Assembly: GCA_963764715.1 (NCBI GenBank)
Contig: CAVXTP010000022.1
Location: forward strand, 576,001 to 640,000
Length of the DNA stretch: 64,000 bases
Direction: 5' to 3'
From: an uncultured Acidobacteriota bacterium
Lineage (GTDB): Bacteria; Acidobacteriota; Thermoanaerobaculia; UBA5066; Gp7-AA6
The notes under the pieces: model-generated
The model's input: only the letters and a program-made list of their open reading frames with translations
The model's database searches: none
What the model was told of the DNA's origin: nothing
Shown: in pieces, positions 51,525-60,257 of the stretch
Numbering within the stretch: position 1 is the first letter of the stretch
How the letters are laid out: each line of letters begins with the position of its first letter
Translations under genes and position numbers: made by a program

Positions 51525-51864
51525 CTTCTTTCTCTCTCGACTCAGCCTGCGTCCCCCACTTCCTACTTAGTGTCGCTCGCCGAACCGTCTTCCTGCGGTA
51601 GTTAAGTGAGAGGTGGTCAACAACTTGAATTAGCCAAGCCTTCGGGTTTCCGGTACCACGCAGTCTAGTCAGGGCTAGCACAAACGCATCTTGAACAATG
51701 TCTCTAGCGTCTTCGGGCGGAAGGCGATGTTTCCATATCGCTCGGCGAACCAGCGGCTGAAAAATCCCTCGGTAGAAACCGTCCAACTCCTGATCGGACA
51801 CCGGCTCGCGCGGGTTGGCTACTCCCTCTTCAGGGGACGCCTTTCGGCCGTGACGCACAGACAT
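51505..51864 (-). CDS. ECF sigma factor region-2-only protein
   Basis: EDARDIVQDAF and NPKAWLIQVVDHLSLNYRRK match ECF regions 2.2-2.4; ends about 25 aa later with no region 4; ATG 51864 after GAGGGG. Confidence 0.75.
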   Translation of the reverse strand: MSVRHGRKASPEEGVANPREPVSDQELDGFYRGIFQPLVRRAIWKHRLPPEDARDIVQDAFVLALTRLRGTGNPKAWLIQVVDHLSLNYRRKTVRRATLSRKWGTQAESREKEDEVDDS

Positions 51865-51995
51865 CCGAGCCCCCTCTTTGCACACTCCAGGAGCCTCTAA
51901 CTACATATTGTCACCAGAGGTTCGAGGTAGCGACAAAACCAGTGCGGACCCGGGACGGGGGCCTGGCGGCCAGGCCTATCTTGCTGAAATTATAG

Positions 51996-53135
51996 CTACT
52001 TGATATTCCTGAGGGCGATACGCAGGTTGGTGAGCGCCGTGAGATCGGTTTCCCGCGACCTTACAGATTCCCGTAGGAGACCGATAGCCACAGCTGCTTC
52101 TGGAGCCATTTCCTGCTCTTCGATTGTTGGGAGAGCTTTCAGGATCTGCCACTCGGCCTCTCTCGGCCGGCCAGCTTGCAACAGGGCCTGAGCCATCACC
52201 ACGCGGAGATAAGCAACCCAAGTGGCCATCCCCAGGTCCTCGTACGACGAAGCAGCAGATGCGTATGCCTCAACCGCCGCCGCGATCTTCCCTTGTCTCT
52301 GAAGGATTTCGCCGATCGTTGCCTTCAGATGAGCCAGGGCCGCAGGCTTGTTGGCCTTCCGAAGGAGCGGAAGGGCCTTGGAGCAATACTCGTTCGCCAG
52401 ATCGTCTCGCCCTTCAGCAGCTTCCAGCTCCGCAGCGCTAACCAGGGCAAACCCTACTAGTCCGGGTTCCGATTCGAGCACCTCGACCCTAGCCAAGGAC
52501 ACGAAGACGGCGAGCGCCGCGTCGGAGCGACCGAGTTCTTTCAAGGAAACACCGTGAAGAAAGACACACTTCGCCTCGTCGCGAACCATGCCCAGACGGG
52601 AAAAAGTTGCGGCCAACATTGGTGCGAGTTCGGCCACTTCCTCGTAACGTCCCGACTCACAGCGCGAGGACAGCCTTTGATAGGTAACCCTGGAGAGGAG
52701 CGGAGCGGGATTAACCGTCTGGCGGAAACCGGCCTCTGCCCGATCCAACCAAAGCTCGGACTCCCCTCGTCTGCCGATTATTCTGCTTGCTGTTCCGGCC
52801 AGCAGTGCCAGCTCGCCCAAGAAAAAATCTCTCTCGTCGAATCCGCCGATCCGTTCCGTCGAATTAGCAATCGCTCGATAGAGTTCCTGCGCTTCAGCAC
52901 TCACCACCGCCGCGCAAGCATCAATTTTCTCTCGCAGTAGTCCGCAAACTGCGAGCAGCACGTCCGGCGCGCGAAGCAGATTGCGACGGCCCTCGGCCGA
53001 GATGCCAGACTCCAGAGCCAGCAAGTATTCATTGGCCCGCTCACACGCTTCTGCCCGGCTCATCCCAAGCGGGGATTGCGGCCGCGGGAAGTTGAGAATT
53101 CTCGCCGTCTCAGGCATCTGAACGTCGGAAGTCAT
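51996..53135 (-). CDS. TPR-like helical-repeat protein, module A
   Basis: GVSLKELGRSDAAL, IGEILQRQGKIAAAVEAY, AQALLQAGRPREA; paralogous to 50004-51524. Confidence 0.78.
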   Translation of the reverse strand: MTSDVQMPETARILNFPRPQSPLGMSRAEACERANEYLLALESGISAEGRRNLLRAPDVLLAVCGLLREKIDACAAVVSAEAQELYRAIANSTERIGGFDERDFFLGELALLAGTASRIIGRRGESELWLDRAEAGFRQTVNPAPLLSRVTYQRLSSRCESGRYEEVAELAPMLAATFSRLGMVRDEAKCVFLHGVSLKELGRSDAALAVFVSLARVEVLESEPGLVGFALVSAAELEAAEGRDDLANEYCSKALPLLRKANKPAALAHLKATIGEILQRQGKIAAAVEAYASAASSYEDLGMATWVAYLRVVMAQALLQAGRPREAEWQILKALPTIEEQEMAPEAAVAIGLLRESVRSRETDLTALTNLRIALRNIK

Positions 53136-53508
53136 AAAGCTTCAGACTGCGAGAAAAGTCGTGCGCCACGTCTGCAGGCTCTCCGCTAGGAGGATCTGCG
53201 AGCTTCTGGTCGGAGTCACGTACGCCAGTGCCAACGATGTACTTTTGATATTCGCGCGCAAATTGACAGCACGCCACGAGCAGGAAGGGCCGGTTTTCTC
53301 GGGGAGAGGCACCAGGCCGATAGCAGAAGCGACGGAACCAAACGAAGAGGTCCTTCTCAAGTTCAGTTGCTTCTTGTTCAACCAGGCGATAGTGGGAGAC
53401 CAGCGCGATATGAATGAGTCCGAGCGTTTCTTGGAAGACCGCTTGCACGTCTCGCTCGAACAGATTCTCGGCTGACTCCGCGCCACTGACTTCGTCCGAT
53501 ATTTCCAT
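53110..53508 (-). CDS. Divergent sigma-region-2-like small protein
   Basis: AGGAG SD; HYRLVEQEATELEKDLFVWF...NRPFLLVACCQFAREYQK aligns by eye to the region-2 protein at 51505-51864. Confidence 0.6.
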   Translation of the reverse strand: MEISDEVSGAESAENLFERDVQAVFQETLGLIHIALVSHYRLVEQEATELEKDLFVWFRRFCYRPGASPRENRPFLLVACCQFAREYQKYIVGTGVRDSDQKLADPPSGEPADVAHDFSRSLKLYDFRRSDA

Positions 53509-53551
53509 TTTGCCCGCTCCTGCTTGTGTCTTGGCAATCTTAGTCCGCCAT

Positions 53552-53592
53552 GAAAATAAAGCAAGAGCTATCTGCCCAAACGGGCAGTAGCT
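53552..53592 (-). terminator. Terminator-like hairpin in the islet leader
   Basis: AGCTACTGCCC-GTTT-GGGCAGATAGCT followed by CTTGCTTTATTTTC. Confidence 0.4.
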
Positions 53593-53907
53593 AACAAGTC
53601 ACGTAGATTCAGCTGGTTAGGCCTGTGTTAGCAGGGAATGTGACCAGTGAACGAGTTCAAGCAAGCCACCTTTCGCCAAATGACCAGGGCAAATCGCCCG
53701 GGTCGAAAACCTGCACCTGAGGTCAGCGCCCACCGCACGAAAGCTCGCCAAAGCGAAGCTCCGCCGGTACGCCAGCTCCAACATCAGGATTCCCACCTAC
53801 TTGAGCGGACCGCCGCGCGGTCCGGTAAACGAATCAATGTGTATTTGATCACACCCGCGGCGAGGGGTGTCAAGGGATTTTGTCGCCCCGGGAGGGCGGC
53901 CGGCCGG

Positions 53908-55389
53908 TTACCCCTTCTGGATCAGGGTCCGGACGAGGCGGTCCTGGTAGGCGTGCCCACGGGACTCGCTGACGCCGGGCCCGTTGAGCAGGATGGCGAA
54001 GGCGTAGGTTTTCCCGGAGCCCGCCTGGGCATAGCCGGCGAGGGTCGAGACGCCGTTGAGGGTGCCCGTCTTGGCCGTCACCTGGCCCCGGCTGCGGCTG
54101 TCGAGCAGGCGGCCCCGGAGGGACCCGTCGGCCTCGCCCGAGATGGCCAGGGTCGACCGCCAGAGCGCCCCCTGGGGGTGGCTGTTCATGGCCTTGAGGA
54201 AGCTGACGAGGTCCCCGGCCGAGACCCGGTTGTTCGCAGAGAGGCCCGACCCGTCGCGCAGCTCGAACCGCTCGGCGTCGAGGCCGAGGCCGGCCAGGAA
54301 CTGTTTCTCGAGGGACAGGGCGCCGGTCCAGCTCCCCTTCCCCGTCTTCTCGTAGGCGAGAGTCTTGAAGATCTGCTCGGCGTAGAAGCTCTGGCTGCGC
54401 TTGTTGGCGATCGAGAGCGTCGGGAGGATGTCGGACTCGGTCGTCGCCACCAGCAGCCAGGCGTTGTCGGCCGGCACGGCGCGCTCGACGACGTTGCCCG
54501 TCAGCTCGATTCCCGCCGCGCGCAGGCGGCTGCGCAGCGCCGCTCCGAAGAACTTCGGCGGATCGTCGATGGCGAGCGGCGCGGCCCAGCGGAAGTAGCG
54601 GGCGGGCACGGTCCCCGAGACCGTCACCACGTCCGAGCCGCTCGGGCGCGCGACGGCGATTCGCACCTTGCCGCCCTTGCCGACCGTGCGCGCCCGGGCG
54701 AGCGCCTGCACGATGTCGGTGTCGGGATCGATCGTGACGCTCGCCGGAGCGCCCGGAATGGCGCCGCGGCCGACCGAGACCACGACCACGTTGTCGTTGT
54801 ACGAGAGGGCCGAGATCGGGGCCTGGTACCAGCGCGAATCCCGCTCCGGCGGCCAGTCCGGATGGCGGTATTCCTCGTCGAACGAGCTCGCGTTGAGGAT
54901 CAGGTCGCCCGTGACCCGCATGATGCCGGCCTGGCGCAGTCCCGCGGCCCACTTGTCGAAGATGGCGAACGAATCATCGTCGTAGAAGCGCCCGGAGATG
55001 TTGGGGTCTCCGCCGCCGACGACGAGGAGCGAGCCGAGCAGGTTTCCGTCCTTGATGTCGCCGCGGCGCCAGAAGGTCGTCCGGAACTTGTAGCTCGGCC
55101 CGAGATAGTGCAGCGCCGTCGCGGTCGAAATCATCTTCGTGACCGAGGCGATCGTTTCCGGCGTCGACGGGTTGCGCTCGAAGACGATCTCGCCCGTCGC
55201 GAGATCCGCGACGGCGATCGAGACGCCCGACTTCCTTGCCGGCGGACGGAAGGCGGCGCTCTCGAGCGCCGAGCGCAGCGACGGGGCTTCCTTCGTCGTG
55301 CGAGTCCGCGCCGAAAGCGGCGAAACGAGGAGCAGGAGGACGGCGTGGAGCGCCGCAACGCGGACGTATCTGCGCGCAGCGCTCGTCAC
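53908..55389 (-). CDS. dacB: D-Ala-D-Ala carboxypeptidase/endopeptidase PBP4 (peptidase S13)
   Basis: Signal peptide; ASVTK (SxxK), GGGDP, DGSGLS, AKTGTL; GTG 55389. Confidence 0.92.
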   Translation of the reverse strand: MTSAARRYVRVAALHAVLLLLVSPLSARTRTTKEAPSLRSALESAAFRPPARKSGVSIAVADLATGEIVFERNPSTPETIASVTKMISTATALHYLGPSYKFRTTFWRRGDIKDGNLLGSLLVVGGGDPNISGRFYDDDSFAIFDKWAAGLRQAGIMRVTGDLILNASSFDEEYRHPDWPPERDSRWYQAPISALSYNDNVVVVSVGRGAIPGAPASVTIDPDTDIVQALARARTVGKGGKVRIAVARPSGSDVVTVSGTVPARYFRWAAPLAIDDPPKFFGAALRSRLRAAGIELTGNVVERAVPADNAWLLVATTESDILPTLSIANKRSQSFYAEQIFKTLAYEKTGKGSWTGALSLEKQFLAGLGLDAERFELRDGSGLSANNRVSAGDLVSFLKAMNSHPQGALWRSTLAISGEADGSLRGRLLDSRSRGQVTAKTGTLNGVSTLAGYAQAGSGKTYAFAILLNGPGVSESRGHAYQDRLVRTLIQKG

Positions 55390-55395
55390 TCTGAA

Positions 55396-55403
55396 ATTAT
55401 AAT
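55396..55403. promoter_or_regulatory. Bidirectional overlapping -10 element ATTATAAT
   Basis: TATAAT on both strands inside a 21-bp gap between divergent start codons. Confidence 0.7.
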
Positions 55404-55410
55404 CGACAGG

Positions 55411-57804
55411 TTGCGCTTTGACGAGGAATCCCGCGTCTTCGAAATCTCCGTGCGAGAGCTGGCGGAAGACGAGGGATTCCGCCGGGTCGGGTTCGACCGC
55501 GGCGACGGCTGGCGGCGCCTCGGTCTCGGCAGCCAGATCCACAGCCGTGTCCTCGCCGAGAGACAGGTCATTCACCCGTCCTACCGCTGCGAGGTCCACC
55601 TCGAGGCCCGGATCCCGGTCGAGGAGTGGACCGCCGTCCTGACCGGCCGCCTCGACGGCTGCATCGAGCGTGAGCCGGGTCACTGGCTGATCGAAGAGCT
55701 CAAGTCGACGAACCTCTCGGTCGACGGCGTCCGGCCCCAGGGCTACGCCTTCGAGCGCGACCGGCGGCAGCTCCTCGGCTACTGCTACCTCTGGAAGCGG
55801 CTGGGTCACGGACGGGTCGCCGGGGCGGTCGTCTACGTCGACATCGAGACGGGCGAGGAGCTTTCGCTGCAGGTCCCCTTCGACGAGGACGTCGAGCGGG
55901 AGGTCGAGCGCCGGCTCGCGCGGGCCCTCGGCATCTGGCGGGGGCAACAGGTCGTCCGCCAGCGCAAGGCGGCGGCGGCCGAGAGGCTCCCCTTCCCGCA
56001 CGCGGCGCCGCGGCCCGGCCAGGAACGGATGATCGAAGCCGTGCGCCGGGCGGTGCAGAACCGGGAGCACCTCCTGGCCGAGGCCCCGACGGGCTCGGGC
56101 AAGACCGCGGCGGCGCTCCACCCGGCGCTCGCGGAAGGCCTCGCGAGCGGCCGGCAGGTCGTGTTCCTCACGTCGAAGACGCTGCAGCAGAAGATGGCGG
56201 TCTCCGCGCTCGTGTCCATGAACGAACGGGCGTTTCACACCGTCCAGATCCGCGCCAAGGAACGAATGTGCGCCAACGACCGGATCATCTGCCATGAGGA
56301 CTTCTGCCGTTTCGCCCGGGGCTACCCCGAGAAGATGGAGCGCTCGAATCTCCTCGGGCGCCTTCGCGAGACCTACTCCCACCACGAGCCGGACGTCGTC
56401 TTCGAGGAGGCGCGCCGGGAGGAGGTCTGCCCCTTCGAGGTCCAGCTCGAGCTCGCCCACCGCGCCGACGCGATCGTGGCCGACTACAACTACGTGTTCG
56501 AGCCGGCCGCCGCCCTGCGGCACCTGACGGGCGAGGACCTGCGCGAAGCGATCCTCCTCGTCGACGAGGCCCACAACCTCCCGGACCGGGCGCGGCAGAT
56601 CTTTTCGCCCGAGATCCTCGAGTCCGACCTCGCCACGCTCCGCAACCGGCTGGTTCTCCAGCCCGGAGAGCTCTTCGCCGACATCGTGGCCTCGATCGAC
56701 GACCTCGCCGCCATCCTCGCCGAGTGCGCCGAGGACCTGCCCGAGGGCGAGGCGATCGCCGAGGTCGACCCGCCCCGCGAGGCGTTGCTCGAGCTGCGCG
56801 CGGCCTGGGAGCAGAAGCTGATGCGCTACCTCGCGTGGAAGCGCGAGACGCGCCTGGCGCTCGTCGACGACCCGGTCCTGGATTTCCACTTCACCCTGCA
56901 GCGGTTCGTCGCCGTCCTCTCGATGCTCGGCCCGGACTTTTCGACCGTCGTCGAGCGGCGCTCCTCCGGCATCCGGCTCGCCCTCGTCTGTCTCGACCCG
57001 GCGCGGCCTCTCTCCTCGATCTTCCGGGAAACCTCCTCCGCGGTCCTCCTCTCGGCGACGCTGACGCCCCCCGAGAACATCCGCCGCGTCCTGGGCCTCG
57101 AGGCCGACCGCACGTCCTCGATCTCGCTGCCGCCGCCCTTCCCGCCCGAGAACCGCAAGGTGATGATCGTGCCCTGGGTCCGCACGACCTACACCGCGCG
57201 CGAGCGCAATTACGGCCGGATCGCGACGCTCCTCGGCGAGATGTCCGACGCGCACGGCGGAAACGACCTCGTGCTCTTTCCGTCCTACCGGTTTCTGACC
57301 GAGGTCGCCTCGCGGATGCCCCCGACCCGCTCGTGTCTCCTGGTCCAGCGCCCCGACCTGACGGACTTCGAGCGCCAGCAGCTGCTCGGGGCGCTCGCCT
57401 CGCCGCCGCCGGGCGGCACGCTTCTCTTCGCGGTCTCGGGTGGAATGTACGCCGAGGGCGTCGACTATCCGGGGGACCTGCTCTCGGCCGTCTTCGTCGT
57501 CTCGCCCGCCCTCCCCCAGGTTTCGTTCGAGCGGGAGCTCCTTCGCCGCTACTTCGAGGACCAGGAGGAGGCGGGCTTCGACTACGCCTACCTGCAGCCC
57601 GGGATGACGCGCGTCGTGCAGGCCGCCGGCCGCCTGATCCGCAGCGAGACCGACCGCGGCGTCATCGCGCTCGTGTGCGCGCGCTTCATGGAGGAGCCTT
57701 ACGTGAGCCGGCTTCCCCGCGACTGGTACGACGAGACTCCCTCCGAGCTCGTCACGCGGCGGCCCGCCGAAGAGATCCGGGAGTTTTTCGAGAGGTACGG
57801 ATGA
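55411..57804 (+). CDS. PD-(D/E)xK nuclease fused to a DinG/XPD-family Fe-S helicase
   Basis: GRLDG..IEELKS..QLLGY; APTGSGKT; four Fe-S Cys; DEAHNL; SATL; FPSY; EGVD; QAAGRLIRS..DRG; TTG 55411. Confidence 0.88.
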   Translation: MRFDEESRVFEISVRELAEDEGFRRVGFDRGDGWRRLGLGSQIHSRVLAERQVIHPSYRCEVHLEARIPVEEWTAVLTGRLDGCIEREPGHWLIEELKSTNLSVDGVRPQGYAFERDRRQLLGYCYLWKRLGHGRVAGAVVYVDIETGEELSLQVPFDEDVEREVERRLARALGIWRGQQVVRQRKAAAAERLPFPHAAPRPGQERMIEAVRRAVQNREHLLAEAPTGSGKTAAALHPALAEGLASGRQVVFLTSKTLQQKMAVSALVSMNERAFHTVQIRAKERMCANDRIICHEDFCRFARGYPEKMERSNLLGRLRETYSHHEPDVVFEEARREEVCPFEVQLELAHRADAIVADYNYVFEPAAALRHLTGEDLREAILLVDEAHNLPDRARQIFSPEILESDLATLRNRLVLQPGELFADIVASIDDLAAILAECAEDLPEGEAIAEVDPPREALLELRAAWEQKLMRYLAWKRETRLALVDDPVLDFHFTLQRFVAVLSMLGPDFSTVVERRSSGIRLALVCLDPARPLSSIFRETSSAVLLSATLTPPENIRRVLGLEADRTSSISLPPPFPPENRKVMIVPWVRTTYTARERNYGRIATLLGEMSDAHGGNDLVLFPSYRFLTEVASRMPPTRSCLLVQRPDLTDFERQQLLGALASPPPGGTLLFAVSGGMYAEGVDYPGDLLSAVFVVSPALPQVSFERELLRRYFEDQEEAGFDYAYLQPGMTRVVQAAGRLIRSETDRGVIALVCARFMEEPYVSRLPRDWYDETPSELVTRRPAEEIREFFERYG

Positions 57805-58247
57805 CGAACCCTTACACGAAGAAGCGCATGCCCCGCCTCACGGTCGACTCCTGGATCCGCGACCGACGCGGCCGGGTCCTGCTCGTCCAGCGAGGCCGGC
57901 CGCCTTTCCAGGGACGCTGGGGCCTGCCCGGCGGATTCTGCGAGTGGAAGGAGACGACGGAACAGTGCTGCGCGCGCGAGACGCTCGAGGAGACGGGCCT
58001 GCGCGTCCGGGTCGGCGAGCTCCTCGGCGTCTACTCCCGTCCCGACCGCGATCCCCGCGGCCACAACGTCACGGTCCTCTACCGCGCCACGCCGCGCTCG
58101 GGCCGGGCCAAAGGGGGCGACGACGCCGCCGACGCCCGCTGGTTCACGCCGCGCGAGATTTCCCGCGTGAAGTTCGCCTTCGACCATCGCCAGATCGTGC
58201 GGGAGCAGCTCGCCCGCGACCGCCGGCGAAAGCGCCGCCGCTCCTAG
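57801..58247 (+). CDS. NUDIX hydrolase (ADP-ribose pyrophosphatase-like)
   Basis: LPGG..E..ET...CARETLEETGL Nudix box; RDPR; AFDH; ATGA overlap. Confidence 0.9.
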   Translation: MTNPYTKKRMPRLTVDSWIRDRRGRVLLVQRGRPPFQGRWGLPGGFCEWKETTEQCCARETLEETGLRVRVGELLGVYSRPDRDPRGHNVTVLYRATPRSGRAKGGDDAADARWFTPREISRVKFAFDHRQIVREQLARDRRRKRRRS

Positions 58248-58263
58248 GGCCGCGCCGGGGGGA

Positions 58264-59337
58264 TCAGTCGCGCCGGAGCCGGCCGGTGTCGAGCGTGGCG
58301 GAGAAGGCTTTCGCGAGCACGCCTTCGTCGGTGACGGCCCAGACGGTGTACCGGTAGAACGTGTCCGGCGCGGCCGCGGTGTCGACGAAGGCGTAGCCGA
58401 AGGAGTCGGGCGCTCTCTCGGAGGACGGCACGAGCTCGGGCCCCGTCCGCGCGACGCGGCCGTCCGCCAGGACCTCCTCGCGGAACACGGCCCAGCCCCA
58501 GATTCCGTCGTGGGAGGCCGTGGTCCACGTCAGCCGGGGACCTCCGCTACCCGCCGTGGCGCGGGCCTCGAGCCGCGAGAACGGCGCGCTGGCGTCGCGC
58601 ACGCAGTCGACCGGCGCCCGCAGGCCCACCACCCCCTGGTCGCTGCCCGCGACGACGAAATCGACGCGCGCGACTCCCGAGAGGGGAATCGTCCGCCGGT
58701 CCCCGCCGGCGAAGAAGACGACGTCCGGCGGCAGCGCCCGGTCCACGTACCGCACGACGGCCGCCGCGTCGGCCCCGTCCGGCGGCCAGGCGAGAACCAG
58801 CGAGTCGGTTTCACCGTCGGGGAGGATCGAGCGGTGGCGCACCGAGAGCGCGGGGGGAGGCGCGGCATCGAGCGCCCCGGCCTCGACGTCGGCGAGCTTC
58901 AGGCGCGAGGGTGACGCCTCGGGCTCGAGCGACACGAAGAGACGCGTGGCCGCGCGGAGAAGAAGGCGCGCGTCGTTTCGCGCGAAATCCGTGACCAGCC
59001 GCGCCAGTGCGTCCTTCGGCTTCTCTCCGCCGGAAGCCGCCTCTTCGCGCGCGCGACGCCAGAGGCCGCCGCCGCCGGCCGAGAGCGCCGCCTCCTGGAC
59101 CCAGAGCCGCCCGAGCGCCGCCGGGTGGGCCCGGAAATCGATGAGAGGCGCCGCGGCGAGCGTCCAGAGGTCGTCGCCGGAGGCGGCGCGTGAAGACGCG
59201 TCGCCCACGAAAGCCTCGACCGCCTGGTCGACGAAGGCCGGATCGGGATCGGCCGGCGCCGGGGTGACGGCCCGAGCGGCCTCGCATCCCAGGAGGACGC
59301 CGGCGAGGAAGAGGCCGGACGGGCGCAATCGGACCAT
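58264..59337 (-). CDS. Hypothetical exported protein with a C-terminal FN3-like beta domain
   Basis: N-terminal hydrophobic stretch with Cys; LTWTT...YAFVD...YRYTVWAV; TACCCT -10 6 nt upstream. Confidence 0.55.
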   Translation of the reverse strand: MVRLRPSGLFLAGVLLGCEAARAVTPAPADPDPAFVDQAVEAFVGDASSRAASGDDLWTLAAAPLIDFRAHPAALGRLWVQEAALSAGGGGLWRRAREEAASGGEKPKDALARLVTDFARNDARLLLRAATRLFVSLEPEASPSRLKLADVEAGALDAAPPPALSVRHRSILPDGETDSLVLAWPPDGADAAAVVRYVDRALPPDVVFFAGGDRRTIPLSGVARVDFVVAGSDQGVVGLRAPVDCVRDASAPFSRLEARATAGSGGPRLTWTTASHDGIWGWAVFREEVLADGRVARTGPELVPSSERAPDSFGYAFVDTAAAPDTFYRYTVWAVTDEGVLAKAFSATLDTGRLRRD

Positions 59338-59406
59338 TTCCTGAGGGTAGCCCCCGGACGAGAGATCGTCAACCGTTGTACGGATTTGCGGGCGGAGGCG
59401 TCGCCT

Positions 59407-60249
59407 CTACTTCAGGACCTTCTCCGAAACGTCCGCCTTGACGACTTTCTGCACGCGGTCGACCTTCTCGAGGGTCGCGCGGCCGGGGATGCGGACGTAG
59501 ACCACCGTGATGTTGTCGACCCCGCCCTTCTCGTTGGCGAGATCCACGAGGCCCTGGCACAGCGCCTCCGCCGTCCGCGTCTCGTCGACGGCGATCGAGT
59601 CGCGGATCTCCTCGTCGGAGAGCATCGTCGTCAGTCCGTCGGAGCAGAACAGGAAGGCGTCCCCGCGCGAGAACTCCATCTCGCGCAGGTCGGGGGCGAC
59701 CGACGGGCCGCCGCCGAGCGCCCGCGTCACCACGTTCTTGAGCGGATGGGTCTTCGCTTCCTCCTCCGTGAGGATGCCGGCGGAAACCTGCTCGTGGACC
59801 CAGGAGTGGTCGTCGGTCAGGCGCGTCAGCTCGCCGGCGCGGTAGAGGTACGCGCGGCTGTCGCCGACGTGCGCGAGCGACAGGATCTTTTCGTTGAGGA
59901 GGCCCGCGACCACGGTCGTGCCCATCCCCTTGAGCCAGGGCTGGGCGGCGACGGCCGACATCACGCGCTCGTTCGCCTTCTCGATCGCGATCGCCAGCCG
60001 GTTACTGTTGAAGTGAAGCTCGTGGTTGTACTTGAACGGCCACGTCGCCTCTTCCTTCTGGCGCGTGGCGGCGATGAACTCCCCGATCGTCTCGACGGTG
60101 ATCTTCGCGGCGACTTCGCCGGCGGCGTGGCCGCCCATGCCGTCGGCCACGATGAAGAGGCCCTCGCTTTCGTCGAGCGCGTAGGCGTCCTCGTTGTGCT
60201 TGCGCTTCTTGCCGACGTCCGTCAGGCCATACGCGTCGATCTGGGCCAT
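59407..60249 (-). CDS. PP2C-type Ser/Thr phosphatase (Stp1/PrpC)
   Basis: TDVGKKRKHNED, ADGMGGH, MGTT, HVGDSR, CSDGL, GGVDNIT. Confidence 0.93.
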   Translation of the reverse strand: MAQIDAYGLTDVGKKRKHNEDAYALDESEGLFIVADGMGGHAAGEVAAKITVETIGEFIAATRQKEEATWPFKYNHELHFNSNRLAIAIEKANERVMSAVAAQPWLKGMGTTVVAGLLNEKILSLAHVGDSRAYLYRAGELTRLTDDHSWVHEQVSAGILTEEEAKTHPLKNVVTRALGGGPSVAPDLREMEFSRGDAFLFCSDGLTTMLSDEEIRDSIAVDETRTAEALCQGLVDLANEKGGVDNITVVYVRIPGRATLEKVDRVQKVVKADVSEKVLK

Positions 60250-60257
60250 CGTCGGCA

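Noticed and set aside
53682-53760. c-di-GMP-I riboswitch (AGGGCAAA...GAAA)
   Set aside because: No GAAA-capped P2 or GACGCAAA junction in the right order, and it is on the strand opposite the islet genes.
53617-53784. 55-codon minus-strand ORF in the islet leader
   Set aside because: No recognisable motif or codon bias and it overlaps RNA hairpins. Cannot be excluded as a leader peptide.
53647-57255. N-terminal extensions of the helicase (from 53647) and dacB (from 57255)
   Set aside because: Each extension is antisense to the other real gene. Homologous sequence starts at 55411 and 55389.
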